A stretch of DNA of 64,000 bases from Nitrospiraceae bacterium (GCA_003599025.1 QZIL01000002.1:1371-65370); one strand, 5' to 3'; numbered from the stretch's first letter, positions 8,125 through 17,824 are shown. The notes: generated by a model not told the origin, from the letters alone. Program-made: numbers and translations.

Positions 8125-9270
8125 ATGACCCCTATTGAACAAAGCATAATTGACAGAATCAGGATTGAAGGGCCTATAACGTTTGAGGCCTTTATGGGCA
8201 TGGCGCTTTATCAGCCGGAGCTGGGCTATTATTCCTCCCCTCAGACGACCATAGGCAGTGACGGGGATTTTTATACAAGTCCTCACCTGCATCCGGTATT
8301 CGGGGCCGTAATCGGCAGGCAGCTCATGGAAATGTGGATGCTTATGGGAAAACCATCCTCTTTTCATGCCGTTGAAATCGGCGCAGGGGTCGGATACCTC
8401 AGCAGCGATATACTAAATTACTTGCTTAAACATTCTGAGGACCACTCCACTGCACAGGACAGAAACAGTTTCCTGAGTTCACTGAGATATGTAATTGTTG
8501 AGCCTTATGACCACTTTCAGGCAAAACAGAAGGCCCTGCTTAAAGACAGAAAAATATCCTGGGTGAAGTCGGTAAAAGAACTGAAAGATATTAAAGGCTG
8601 TATCTTCTCAAATGAACTTCTCGATGCATTTCCTGTGCATATTGTTGAAATAGACGATGGATTAAAAGAAGTATATGTGACTTATGTCAGAGACAACTTT
8701 GAAGAAAAACTGGATGACATCAGTACACCAGACCTGCTTCATTATATCAATCAGCAGCATATTGAATTACCATCCGGATACAGGACTGAAATTAATCTGC
8801 AGACCAGAAGGTGGCTTGAAGAAATAAATAAGGCTCTGACTCGGGGATTTCTGCTTACAATCGATTACGGATACACTGCAAGGGAATACTTCAGCAGCGA
8901 CAGAACAAAAGGCACCCTTCTCTGCTATCACAAGCACTTATTTAATGAGAACCCTTATCAGCATATCGGGGAGCAGGACATTACGGCACATGTTAATTAT
9001 TCTTCCCTTAAGATTTGGGGGGAGGAGCTTGGACTGAAAACCATAGGCTACTGTCCCCAGGGCACATTTCTCGTGGCTGCGGGGATAAATGAGGTCATAA
9101 CAGAACTCTATGCCGACTCACCCGACTATTTTTCAGAGATATCGAAAATAAAGGGGTTGATAGTCCCCCAGGGCATGGGAGAGTCTCACAGCATCATGGT
9201 CCAGTATAAAGGTGAAGGGCGGCCCAAGCTCCGGGGTTTCTCAATGAGGAACAATTCAGGGTCTCTCTAG
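8125..9270 (+). CDS. SAM-dependent methyltransferase, MidA/NDUFAF7 (DUF185) family
   Basis: GPITFEAFMGMALYQPELGYYSS...DFYTSPHLHPVFG...VEIGAGVGYL...SNELLDAFPVH is the DUF185 signature. Confidence 0.75.
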   Translation: MTPIEQSIIDRIRIEGPITFEAFMGMALYQPELGYYSSPQTTIGSDGDFYTSPHLHPVFGAVIGRQLMEMWMLMGKPSSFHAVEIGAGVGYLSSDILNYLLKHSEDHSTAQDRNSFLSSLRYVIVEPYDHFQAKQKALLKDRKISWVKSVKELKDIKGCIFSNELLDAFPVHIVEIDDGLKEVYVTYVRDNFEEKLDDISTPDLLHYINQQHIELPSGYRTEINLQTRRWLEEINKALTRGFLLTIDYGYTAREYFSSDRTKGTLLCYHKHLFNENPYQHIGEQDITAHVNYSSLKIWGEELGLKTIGYCPQGTFLVAAGINEVITELYADSPDYFSEISKIKGLIVPQGMGESHSIMVQYKGEGRPKLRGFSMRNNSGSL

Positions 9271-10064
9271 CTATTTGCTCTGCCCTGTCTTAAATATTTA
9301 TCTAATCTTTCCAGGCTCGTTATAGCGTCTTTCACATTGTGGGCTTCGAGGGTGTATACACAGTCAATTCCCTGCAATTCGTTGAACAACGTCACAAAAT
9401 CAAAATCACCATCGCCGATAGCAAGATGTTCATCCGCATTTCTCATGTTGTCATGCAGGTGGAGTTCCTTTATATAAGGCTTAATGATTCCAATCCATTC
9501 CTTGAGCGGGAGTTTTGAAAAGAGATTAAAATGACCCGTATCAAAGCATATCCCGAAATTCTCAGATGCCATCTCCTTTGAAAGAAGTCCGAGATGCTCC
9601 GGATCGTCCTCAAATATGTTTTCGACCGCTATTTTAACGCCTAATTCTGAGGCCCTTTTGTTGATAGGTTTCCACGTCTGCAGGCTTCCTTCAAGCCATA
9701 TATCCACCCTGCTGTCATATTTCCACTTGTCATATCCGGAATGAAATACAATCACCCTCGGCCTGAGGATTTCAGCAATGTCCAGTGTCTTTAAAAATCT
9801 ACTGATCGTGATGTCCCGGACCTTTGGGTCAACCCCGCCCGGAGAAAGGTCCATGAAAGGACCATGAATTGAGAGCTGCGGATTATAATCAAGTTTTTTT
9901 TTCAGCTTCAGGATATCGGACTTCTTTATTTTATCAAAACTCCTTGAGCCGAAATAAATCTCGAGGTTCCACTTGTTCTCCCTGAAATACGGGAGATACT
10001 TATCACACGCTTCATACGGGATATGAAAATGAGGGCCTGATAATGCCGGCTGTGATGCTGCCAC
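9267..10064 (-). CDS. Sugar phosphate isomerase/epimerase-type TIM-barrel protein (xylose isomerase-like fold)
   Basis: VFHSGY, AVENIFE, CFDTGHFNLF, and ELHLHDN metal-ligand motifs are typical of the AP-endonuclease-2 / xylose isomerase-like TIM barrel family. Its stop overlaps the end of the convergent methyltransferase gene by 4 nt. Confidence 0.6.
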   Translation of the reverse strand: MAASQPALSGPHFHIPYEACDKYLPYFRENKWNLEIYFGSRSFDKIKKSDILKLKKKLDYNPQLSIHGPFMDLSPGGVDPKVRDITISRFLKTLDIAEILRPRVIVFHSGYDKWKYDSRVDIWLEGSLQTWKPINKRASELGVKIAVENIFEDDPEHLGLLSKEMASENFGICFDTGHFNLFSKLPLKEWIGIIKPYIKELHLHDNMRNADEHLAIGDGDFDFVTLFNELQGIDCVYTLEAHNVKDAITSLERLDKYLRQGRANS

Positions 10065-10342
10065 TATTCGTTCACTGCTTTTTTACTGTCGCAGACCTTC
10101 TTGTCGCATGTTCCGCCGGAGCAGGCCGTGGACTTCTTTGCTTCAGTGGCCTTTTTCCTGTCATCAGACGGGTAATCAGTAACATACCATCCGGACCCCT
10201 TGAGCACAAACGAGGTATTGGTTATCAGCTTCTTTACCTCCCCGCCGCATGAACTGCATTGTGTAAGAGGCTCATCTGATATCTTCTGCATTATCTCGAA
10301 CTGCTGGTTGCATTTTGTACATTTGTATTCATATATCGGCAT
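10064..10342 (-). CDS. FmdB-family zinc-ribbon protein (CxxC_CxxC_SSSS)
   Basis: [40 protein letters not shown] is the FmdB regulatory zinc-ribbon signature. Confidence 0.85.
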   Translation of the reverse strand: MPIYEYKCTKCNQQFEIMQKISDEPLTQCSSCGGEVKKLITNTSFVLKGSGWYVTDYPSDDRKKATEAKKSTACSGGTCDKKVCDSKKAVNE

Positions 10343-10457
10343 AGTTATTTCCTTTTAAAGTGATCTGAATTTATCGGACTTGCTTCGGTATTCCGGACCT
10401 GATGTCATTATTTAATCGCTACAACATTTGCTTAAATATATCATATAGTTTCAATCC

Positions 10458-10486
10458 TTGACAAGTTTTCTCGGCTGTGTTAAAAG
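10458..10486 (+). promoter_or_regulatory. Candidate promoter giving a leaderless or near-leaderless nifU mRNA
   Basis: TTGACA (10458-10463), a 17-nt spacer, TAAAAG (10481-10486), then 5 nt to ATG 10492. No SD precedes this ATG. Confidence 0.3.
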
Positions 10487-10491
10487 AAGCT

Positions 10492-11325
10492 ATGTGGGAA
10501 TATACTGACAAAGTCAAAGACCTCTTCCTTCACCCCAAAAACGCAGGTGAAGTAGAAAATCCGGACGCAGTCGGTGAAGTGGGGAGCATTGTATGCGGCG
10601 ACGCGCTGAAGCTCACACTAAAGATAGATAAAGAAACGAACAGGATTACAGACGCTAAATTCAAGACCTTCGGCTGTGCAAGCGCCATAGCATCTTCAAC
10701 TGCAATGACCGAGTTAATAAAGGGCAAGACCCTTGATGAGGCCCTGAATATAACAAATCAGGACATAGCCGATTTTCTCGGGGGACTGCCGCGTGAAAAG
10801 ATGCACTGCTCGGTCATGGGATATGAAGCCCTTGAGGCAGCGGTGGCCAATTACAGGGGGGAAAAACCGTGTGAGGTCGACGAAGGAGAAATAGTTTGCC
10901 TCTGTTTTGGCGTTACGGACCAGAAGATCAGGCGGGTGATCAGGGAAAACAACCTGCATACAGTGGAAGATATTACAAACTATACAAAGGCCGGTGGCGG
11001 ATGCGGCGGATGTATATCGGATATTGAGGACATCCTGAAAGAAGTGTGGTCCGAAAAGGTGACGGAGGAGGCTGTTAAGCCAAAAAGGAAGCTAACTAAT
11101 ATTCAGAAGATCGCATTGATACAGGAGACCATAGAAAGAGAGATACGTCCCCTCCTTCAGGCGGACAATGGTGATATAGAACTTATTGATGTTGACGGAA
11201 ACAGGGTAATCATATCTTTAAGAGGGACATGCACCGGATGCCTGATGGCTGACGTAACGGTAAAGAACATAGAAAAGAAACTGAAAGAACTGGTAAACGA
11301 AGAAATCATCGTCGAGGTCGAATGA
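10492..11325 (+). CDS. nifU: NifU-type Fe-S cluster scaffold (IscU-like N-domain, BFD-like 2Fe-2S domain, NifU C-domain)
   Basis: MWEYTDKVKDLFLHPKNAGEVENPDAVGEVGSIVCGDALKLTL aligns from residue 1 with NifU, so I prefer ATG 10492 over the GTG at 10477. The protein also has central CxCFGV...GGGCGGC and a C-terminal LRGTCTGC motif. Confidence 0.9.
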   Translation: MWEYTDKVKDLFLHPKNAGEVENPDAVGEVGSIVCGDALKLTLKIDKETNRITDAKFKTFGCASAIASSTAMTELIKGKTLDEALNITNQDIADFLGGLPREKMHCSVMGYEALEAAVANYRGEKPCEVDEGEIVCLCFGVTDQKIRRVIRENNLHTVEDITNYTKAGGGCGGCISDIEDILKEVWSEKVTEEAVKPKRKLTNIQKIALIQETIEREIRPLLQADNGDIELIDVDGNRVIISLRGTCTGCLMADVTVKNIEKKLKELVNEEIIVEVE

Positions 11326-12491
11326 ACGTTGTATATCTTGACAATAACGCAACTACAAGGGTCGCTGATGAAGTAAGGGAGGCAATGCTCCCTTATCTGG
11401 ATGAACTGTACGGCAACCCGTCGAGCATGCACACCTTTGGCGGACAGGTGCACAGGAAGATAGAAGTTGCAAGGGAACAGGTTGCCACCCTGATCAATGC
11501 TGAACCAGAGGAGATAATCTTCACAAGCTGCGGCAGCGAGAGCGATAACACTGCCCTGATGAGCTCTATTCTTTCCAGTCCCGGGAAAAGACACATCATA
11601 ACCACCAGGGTGGAGCATCCCGCGGTATTGAATTTCTGCAAGACCATGGCAAGACAGGGCTACAGGGTGACCTTTCTGCCGGTTGACAAAGGCGGAAGGC
11701 TGGACCTCGCAGAACTTAGAGCTGCCATAACAGATGACACCGCAGTTGTTTCAATAATGTACGCCAACAATGAAAGCGGCGTTATCTTCCCTGTGCAGGA
11801 CATAGCGGATATCGTAAAGTCAAAAGACGTTACATTCCATACCGACGCTGTACAGGCTGCAGGGAAAATTCCCCTTGATGTCAAAAAGCTCTCCTGTGAC
11901 ATGATGTCTATCTCAGGGCACAAGATGCATGCAGCAAAAGGGGTGGCCGCACTGTTTATCAGAAGGGGCACACGTTTTTCACCTTATATAATCGGAGGCC
12001 ACCAGGAGAATGGAAGACGGGCAGGTACCGAAAATGTGGCCTCCATAGCCGGTTTTGGAATGGCTGCTGATCTTGCAAAAAAGCATCTGCAGGATGAGGG
12101 TGAAATGGTAAAAACACTCAGGGACAGGCTTGAACAGGGGCTACTGAATACGTGTCCCGATCCGAGGGTCAACGGCGACAGAGAAAACAGGCTCCCAAAT
12201 ACAACAAACATCAGCTTTGAGTATGTCGAAGGCGAAGCCATATTATTAAGGCTGAACGAATTCAACATCTGCGCCTCTTCCGGTTCTGCATGCACATCCG
12301 GCTCACTTGAGCCGTCGCATGTGCTGCGATCCATGGGAGTGCCCTTTACGGCTATTCACGGCTCTGTAAGATTTTCCCTCAGCAGATATACGACCGAAGA
12401 AGAGATAGACTTTGTCATTGAGAAAATGCCTCCGGTTATTAAAGAACTCAGGGAATTAAGCCCCTACGGAGCCAACCCTGCCTGTCATTAG
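11322..12491 (+). CDS. nifS: Cysteine desulfurase, NifS type
   Basis: VYLDNNATTRV, SCGSESDN, SGHKMHAAKGVAALFIR (PLP lysine), and ASSGSACTSGSLEPSHVL (active-site Cys loop) are present. It overlaps the nifU stop by 4 nt. Confidence 0.9.
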   Translation: MNVVYLDNNATTRVADEVREAMLPYLDELYGNPSSMHTFGGQVHRKIEVAREQVATLINAEPEEIIFTSCGSESDNTALMSSILSSPGKRHIITTRVEHPAVLNFCKTMARQGYRVTFLPVDKGGRLDLAELRAAITDDTAVVSIMYANNESGVIFPVQDIADIVKSKDVTFHTDAVQAAGKIPLDVKKLSCDMMSISGHKMHAAKGVAALFIRRGTRFSPYIIGGHQENGRRAGTENVASIAGFGMAADLAKKHLQDEGEMVKTLRDRLEQGLLNTCPDPRVNGDRENRLPNTTNISFEYVEGEAILLRLNEFNICASSGSACTSGSLEPSHVLRSMGVPFTAIHGSVRFSLSRYTTEEEIDFVIEKMPPVIKELRELSPYGANPACH

Positions 12492-12675
12492 AGAGCACCG
12501 CCAGTCCAGTCATTTCCATTTTGTAATTATTGTCCTCATTAAAGATAAACTGATGCAAGCGTCCCAACCTAAACTTCAATCATCCTCAAGGGACACAATA
12601 AAATAGGACCATCTATTGCTTCGTGATATATTAAATATTATGATGCTATATCCGGCTCAATTATCTTATTGAACA

Positions 12676-13035
12676 ATGGAAATACTAAAAAGATGGCTGA
12701 TATCAGGCGTTTCCCTTTTTGCTGCCGCATGGATCGTCCCGGGCATAAGCACGGAAGGGGATTCGCTGACCGTTTATTTAGTAATGGCTATCATACTGGG
12801 GCTAATCAATCTTACTGTGAAACCGGTACTCACACTGCTCTCCCTGCCGATCACAGTTCTTACTCTGGGACTGTTCATGCTTGTCGTTAATGCCATCATG
12901 CTCTGGCTTGCCTCTGCCATAGCAGTCAAACTGTTCAATCTGGGATTCTATGTTGACGGGTTCTGGTCCGCTTTCCTGGGGGCACTTATAGTAAGCGTTG
13001 TTTCCATGATACTGTCGTCTTTTGTCCGGGACTGA
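12676..13035 (+). CDS. Small 4-TM membrane protein, phage holin family IV / DUF360 (YvlD-like)
   Basis: LISGVSLFAAAWIVPGI...VMAIILGLINLTVKPVLTLLSLPITVLTLGLF.LVVNA is the PF04020-type pattern. Confidence 0.6.
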   Translation: MEILKRWLISGVSLFAAAWIVPGISTEGDSLTVYLVMAIILGLINLTVKPVLTLLSLPITVLTLGLFMLVVNAIMLWLASAIAVKLFNLGFYVDGFWSAFLGALIVSVVSMILSSFVRD

Positions 13036-13221
13036 CCCGGTCGTCAGCTTATTCCCTTTTTCTATCAAATTAATGTATAGTATTTCGCTGCCTGAATTAA
13101 AACGCGAATCTCCGGAAGGGCCTGAACGTCAAGGGAAAAGCACCGTTACATATGGTTAACCGCCCTGCTGTTTAATCCGACAACAATTTGTTCCGGAAAA
13201 TAAAAGAGGTAAAGGAGTGGT

Positions 13222-13422
13222 ATGTCAGGAGTGAAAATGTCATTACTGGATAAAAAAATTGCGCAATTCTGTGATAGCTCCACCGAGTTATTGACTGGTA
13301 TCCATGCCCGGCATAAGGGGGGTGCCAGGGGCAGGTCGAATCAGGCAAATAAATTGCTAAAAACCATCAACATACCAGACCCTGACATCGACGTGCCGGA
13401 TGAGGAACCTTTAGAATTATAA
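13222..13422 (+). CDS. Hypothetical 66-aa protein immediately upstream of the ABC-F gene
   Basis: It has a good SD (AAAGGAGTGGT-ATG), its stop lies 1 nt before the ABC-F start, and it has an acidic C-terminus. I recognise no family. Confidence 0.35.
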   Translation: MSGVKMSLLDKKIAQFCDSSTELLTGIHARHKGGARGRSNQANKLLKTINIPDPDIDVPDEEPLEL

Positions 13423-13423
13423 G

Positions 13424-15049
13424 ATGGTCCAGGCAAACAACTTAGACAAAAGCTATGGCCGGCAGGTCATTTTTGACAAGGCCGGATTTACCCTGAATCC
13501 GGGTGAACGCATCGGGCTTGTAGGCAGGAACGGGCATGGCAAAACAACTCTGTTCAAGATGATACTGGGGCAGGAGCGCCCTGATTCAGGTTGCATTAGT
13601 GTTCCGGGCGGATATACGATTGGTCATCTGTCACAGCATATCAGCTTTTCCGGGGAAACGGTGCTTAAGGAGGCATGCCTGAGCCTCCGGAAAAACGAGG
13701 ACGGCATTGATGAAACATATAAGGCGGAAATCATTCTTATGGGGCTGGGATTTGCCCTGGAAGATTTCGCCCTCGATCCACTCTCATTATCAGGGGGGTA
13801 CCAGGTCCGTTTAAATCTTGCAAAGGTGCTTGTCTCCGACCCGAACCTTCTCCTGCTTGACGAGCCGACCAACTACCTTGACATCGTATCTCTCCGCTGG
13901 CTTATACAGTTTCTGCGCAACTGGAAGAAGGAGCTCATAATTATTACACATGACCGTAATTTCATGGACAGCGTGACCACACACACCATGGCCATACACA
14001 GATGCAAAATGCGAAAAGAGGCCGGCCCCACTGAAAAGGTATATCAGCAGCTGCTCCTGGAAGAAGAGATACACGAAAAGACCAGGATCAATGATGATAA
14101 AAAACGTAAAGAGGTTGAGGACTTCATAAACAGGTTCAGGGCAAAGGCTACCAAGGCCAGGGCTGTCCAGTCAAGAATAAAGGCCCTGCAGAAAAAAGAC
14201 CGCCTCGAAAAACTTGCAGAGATCAGGAACCTTGATTTCGCATTCAGATCAGCGCCTTTTACAGGGAAGCAGCTTATGGAAGTCAAAGACCTTGCTTTTT
14301 CATTTGACAATGACGGTCCCGCGCTAATTAACAGACTGAGCTTCTCCGTTGGTAAAAAAGACCGCATAGCCATTATCGGGAAAAACGGCAAGGGCAAGAC
14401 CACCCTGCTGAACCTGCTTGCAAAAGAGCTGAAAGCTGGATCCGGCTCTGTCAGCCACCATGATCAGCTCCAGATGGCCTATTTCGGCCAGACAAATATA
14501 AACCGACTTAACCTGCACAAGACCATCGAAGAAGAGATCATGGATGTGCATCCTGAAGGCAACAGAGGCGCGGCCCGCAGGATATGCGGCATTATGATGT
14601 TTCCGGGAGACAATGCGGTAAAAAAAATCAGTGTCCTTTCCGGAGGGGAAAAGAGCCGGGTCCTGCTCGGCAAGCTGCTTGTCAGCCCTTCCAACATGCT
14701 CCTGCTTGATGAGCCGACAAACCATCTTGATATGGAATCCAATGATTCTCTTGTCGAGGCCATAGATGATTTCAACGGCTCTGTAATTATTGTCACCCAC
14801 AGCGAGATGATGCTCCACGCGCTCGCTACACGCCTGATAGTCTTTGATGACGGGAAGGTCACTCTATTTGAAGGCACATATCAGGACTTCCTTGACCGCG
14901 TCGGCTGGAAGAGTGAAAATGATGCAGGCTTGCCGCGTTTCAACAAGACCAGGGCACTGAACAAGTCTGCTAACAGAAAACAGCTCCGGCGCGAACGGGC
15001 AGAACTGCTGAAAAGAAAATCAGGGGTCTCGCGCATGAGCGCCGGTTAA
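13424..15049 (+). CDS. ABC-F family ATPase (two ABC domains, no TMD)
   Basis: It has two Walker A motifs (GRNGHGKTT, GKNGKGKTT), two signature motifs (LSGGYQVR, LSGGEKSR) and a charged inter-domain linker. Confidence 0.9.
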   Translation: MVQANNLDKSYGRQVIFDKAGFTLNPGERIGLVGRNGHGKTTLFKMILGQERPDSGCISVPGGYTIGHLSQHISFSGETVLKEACLSLRKNEDGIDETYKAEIILMGLGFALEDFALDPLSLSGGYQVRLNLAKVLVSDPNLLLLDEPTNYLDIVSLRWLIQFLRNWKKELIIITHDRNFMDSVTTHTMAIHRCKMRKEAGPTEKVYQQLLLEEEIHEKTRINDDKKRKEVEDFINRFRAKATKARAVQSRIKALQKKDRLEKLAEIRNLDFAFRSAPFTGKQLMEVKDLAFSFDNDGPALINRLSFSVGKKDRIAIIGKNGKGKTTLLNLLAKELKAGSGSVSHHDQLQMAYFGQTNINRLNLHKTIEEEIMDVHPEGNRGAARRICGIMMFPGDNAVKKISVLSGGEKSRVLLGKLLVSPSNMLLLDEPTNHLDMESNDSLVEAIDDFNGSVIIVTHSEMMLHALATRLIVFDDGKVTLFEGTYQDFLDRVGWKSENDAGLPRFNKTRALNKSANRKQLRRERAELLKRKSGVSRMSAG

Positions 15050-15057
15050 GCCCCCTT

Positions 15058-15729
15058 TTAATGATCAAAAGATTTTACTGCATGCATCAGCACCTCGTGG
15101 GTCCCCTTTAACTGCAGCTTGATCTTTATATGCTCGATGTATGTTTCCACGGTCTTTACGCTGAGGTTAAGGCGTTCTGCTATTTCATGTTTCTTAAGCC
15201 CCCGGCCGATAAGCTGATAGACTTCAAGCTCACGGTTGCTGAGGGTCTTGGTAGGCGAACCGGAATCGTCGAAGTTGTCTTTGACGAATCTGTGCAGGAG
15301 CTTAACATTTAATTTATCGCTTACGTATATTTCCCCGCCAAGCACCCTCCTTATCGCAGACAGGAGTTCCATTGAGGACTCCTGTTTCATTATATATCCC
15401 CTTGCACCCGCCTTAAGGCAGCGTTCGGCATAAGCAGCTTCATCGTGCATGGAAAGCACGAGGGCCGGCAGACCCGCATGTGAGTAAGCGAGGTTCTCTA
15501 TCAGCCTGATGCCGCTGCCGTCTCCGAGGGTTATATCGACCAACACAATATCGGGCCTGCTGCCGGCAATGGCCTGTAGAGCCTGAGAGGCATTATAAGC
15601 CTCCCCGCAGACAGCAAGGTCTTCCTCGCTGTTGATAAGGCGCGACAGCCCTTCGCGCAATATGGCATGGTCATCGACAATAAAAACTTTCTTCTTATGT
15701 ACCTTGTGTCCCGTCTTATTGTTCCTCAT
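15058..15729 (-). CDS. Response regulator, NarL/LuxR (REC + HTH_LuxR) family
   Basis: VFIVDDHAILREGL...PDIVLVDITLGDGSG is the receiver domain. LSNRELEVYQLIGRGLKKHEIAERLNLSVKTVETY is the LuxR HTH. Confidence 0.9.
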   Translation of the reverse strand: MRNNKTGHKVHKKKVFIVDDHAILREGLSRLINSEEDLAVCGEAYNASQALQAIAGSRPDIVLVDITLGDGSGIRLIENLAYSHAGLPALVLSMHDEAAYAERCLKAGARGYIMKQESSMELLSAIRRVLGGEIYVSDKLNVKLLHRFVKDNFDDSGSPTKTLSNRELEVYQLIGRGLKKHEIAERLNLSVKTVETYIEHIKIKLQLKGTHEVLMHAVKSFDH

Positions 15730-15785
15730 TTTCTCTCCTTCAGGTGTTGAATGTACGCTGCAGTTGCATTAAATTGTTGATGCCG

Positions 15786-15948
15786 GGCGGACGGGCATGG
15801 CGGAAAAGCTTTACCTGCGATCCCTTAGAGAGACCCACGAAAATATAAATGACGTCTTTCGGACCTCACCGCAAGTTACGTCATGCAGCCGAGGTTTAAT
15901 TCCAATATCAGATCGCATTGTAAAGGTTTTACGGCATGTCCGTCCGCC
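15786..15948. repeat. Imperfect 23-nt inverted repeat enclosing a nested hairpin, in the kinase-regulator intergenic region
   Basis: Arm 15786-15808, GGCGGACGGGCATGGCGGAAAAG, pairs with arm 15926-15948, GTTTTACGGCATGTCCGTCCGCC, at about 19 of 23 positions. An inner 7-bp inverted repeat ATGACGT (15849-15855) / ACGTCAT (15878-15884) is also present. Confidence 0.6.
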
Positions 15949-15973
15949 TGATTTATGCAACATTAAGGTGTAC

Positions 15974-17824
15974 TTATGTACTGGCCTCTCCTATTCCCGC
16001 TTTGATATTGCTTATCTCACTTTCTCTTTTATCAATGAATATACAGGTCACAATAGTGCCTTTATCGATTTCGGACCGGATATCAAGTGAGGCGTTGATT
16101 ATGGTCGCACGGAATTTCATTATTTCGAGTCCCATACTGTTCAGATGGTTTGTCATGACAAAACCCCGCCCGTCGTCTTTTATCGTCATTGTAATTATAT
16201 TATTTTCCCTGCTGAGGCGTACCTCAATATGTTTAGGTCTCGAGTGTCTTGCTGAATTTGTAATGGCCTCCTGGGCAATACGGTAGAGAGGCATCAATGC
16301 GCTTTCGTCATATAACATTACGAACTTACTGCATCTGAGATCGCAGGGTATACCGAATAACCTCTCCGAGTTTGATACAAGCTCGACCATGGCGGTCATC
16401 AGGCTGTACTCACCCTTTTCCAGTATGGGTGAAAGACCTGTTGAAAGGGTCCTTACCTGTGACTTTGACATCTCTACAAGATGTGTAATCCTGGCCGCAT
16501 CTTCGGCCTCAGGGACCATTTTCTTTCTCAATTCGTTTTCAAGCCCCTGCACCATAAAGGAGATAGCGGTAAGCTGCTGCCCGAGGTTATCGTGCAGGTC
16601 ATGCCCTATGCGCCGCTGCTCATGCTCCCTTAGCTCAAGAAGCATTTTTTCAAGATGCCTGCGCTCGTTTATCTCCCTGTTCAGATCTTCCCAGGAAGCA
16701 GTGGCCGTCTTTAAGTTCTCGATCATCTGATCAAATGTCCTTGACAACTGGCCGATTTCATCTTCTGCATCAGTACCTACCTTATAATCGAGGTCCCCCT
16801 GCCCTATTATTTCACTTCCCTTATGCAGCGACCTGATAGGGTTGGAAAATGACTTCGAGACACGAAAGGCCACCAGCATTACGCCGATTAATGTTGCAAT
16901 GAAAATCGCTATCATCCATTCCCTGAGCCGGTTGATGGGGGCGTAGACCTCTTTCAGGTCCTGTTTTGCCACAAAGCCCCAACGGGTCCGGGGGATATAG
17001 GTATAGGCAGCCAGTACAACTTCTCCTCTGTAATCAGGCGTCTCCATGATCCCGGTACCTCCACGTGTAGCTTCTGAAGCGACCCAGTCACTGATATTCA
17101 GCCTGAGGGGTGCGTCCTTCTGCCAGCGCAACTCATTGAGGGCATTGCCGTCTTTACTGACAATGAAGGTCTCTCCAGTGTCCCCAAGTCCCGTACGGTC
17201 TGACAAATGCCTGTACAGAGAAGCCTCAAGATTGAACCTGGCCACAAGAACACCGGTGACAACACTGCTGTCCTTCCTGCTGAAAACAGGGATGGAAAAC
17301 GCCATGCAGGCCTTGTCAAGAGTAGTTGAATAATGAATGTCCTCAATGAACAGCTTCCGGCTTTTCAGTGCCCCCTCAAAGTGGAAGTCATGTGCAGGCC
17401 GCTGGCCTTCACGTTCTTTAACAGTTGAAACAACTATTCTTTTGGTATCCGGGCTGACGATAAAGATCTCATAAAAGTCATCATAGTGCTGCAGATATCT
17501 CTTGAGGAGCTCGCGGGCCTCTGTGACAATGGCCGCCCTTTGCCTGTCATCTTCAGTCCAGCTTCCATACGACCCCAGCACACGCACATTGTTATCGTCA
17601 GCAATGGTGCGGATATCTACTATCCTTTCTTCCAGCCAGTGACTTAATTCAGCAACCTTAATGTCCCTTGTTGCCTCAAGCCGGTTGAATATTGATACCT
17701 TCATGGCATTCACCATATGAAAGTAAATCGCAATATTGACCATAATGAGGGGAAGCATGCCTATAATAAAGAACCAGAAGGCAAGTCGTGTGGCAATGCT
17801 GCTGAATTTAAACCTGTTTCTCAG
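15974..17824 (-). CDS. Sensor histidine kinase: TM, Cache-like periplasmic domain, TM, HAMP, HisKA_3, HATPase_c
   Basis: The HAMP domain reads NPIRSLHKGSEIIGQGDLDYKV...EIGQLSRTFDQM. The H-box is RRIGHDLHDNLGQQLT and the ATPase domain contains IKDDGRGF. The track ORF starts at ATG 17758, in the middle of the first TM helix. The frame is open to a CTG at 17824 preceded by GGAG, so the true start is uncertain. Confidence 0.85.
   Translation of the reverse strand: MRNRFKFSSIATRLAFWFFIIGMLPLIMVNIAIYFHMVNAMKVSIFNRLEATRDIKVAELSHWLEERIVDIRTIADDNNVRVLGSYGSWTEDDRQRAAIVTEARELLKRYLQHYDDFYEIFIVSPDTKRIVVSTVKEREGQRPAHDFHFEGALKSRKLFIEDIHYSTTLDKACMAFSIPVFSRKDSSVVTGVLVARFNLEASLYRHLSDRTGLGDTGETFIVSKDGNALNELRWQKDAPLRLNISDWVASEATRGGTGIMETPDYRGEVVLAAYTYIPRTRWGFVAKQDLKEVYAPINRLREWMIAIFIATLIGVMLVAFRVSKSFSNPIRSLHKGSEIIGQGDLDYKVGTDAEDEIGQLSRTFDQMIENLKTATASWEDLNREINERRHLEKMLLELREHEQRRIGHDLHDNLGQQLTAISFMVQGLENELRKKMVPEAEDAARITHLVEMSKSQVRTLSTGLSPILEKGEYSLMTAMVELVSNSERLFGIPCDLRCSKFVMLYDESALMPLYRIAQEAITNSARHSRPKHIEVRLSRENNIITMTIKDDGRGFVMTNHLNSMGLEIMKFRATIINASLDIRSEIDKGTIVTCIFIDKRESEISNIKAGIGEAST

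Noticed and set aside
15797-16286. Plus-strand ORFs of 97 and 116 aa spanning the kinase/regulator gap
   Set aside because: They run through the inverted-repeat element and then antisense into the kinase ATPase domain. They have no RBS and no family.
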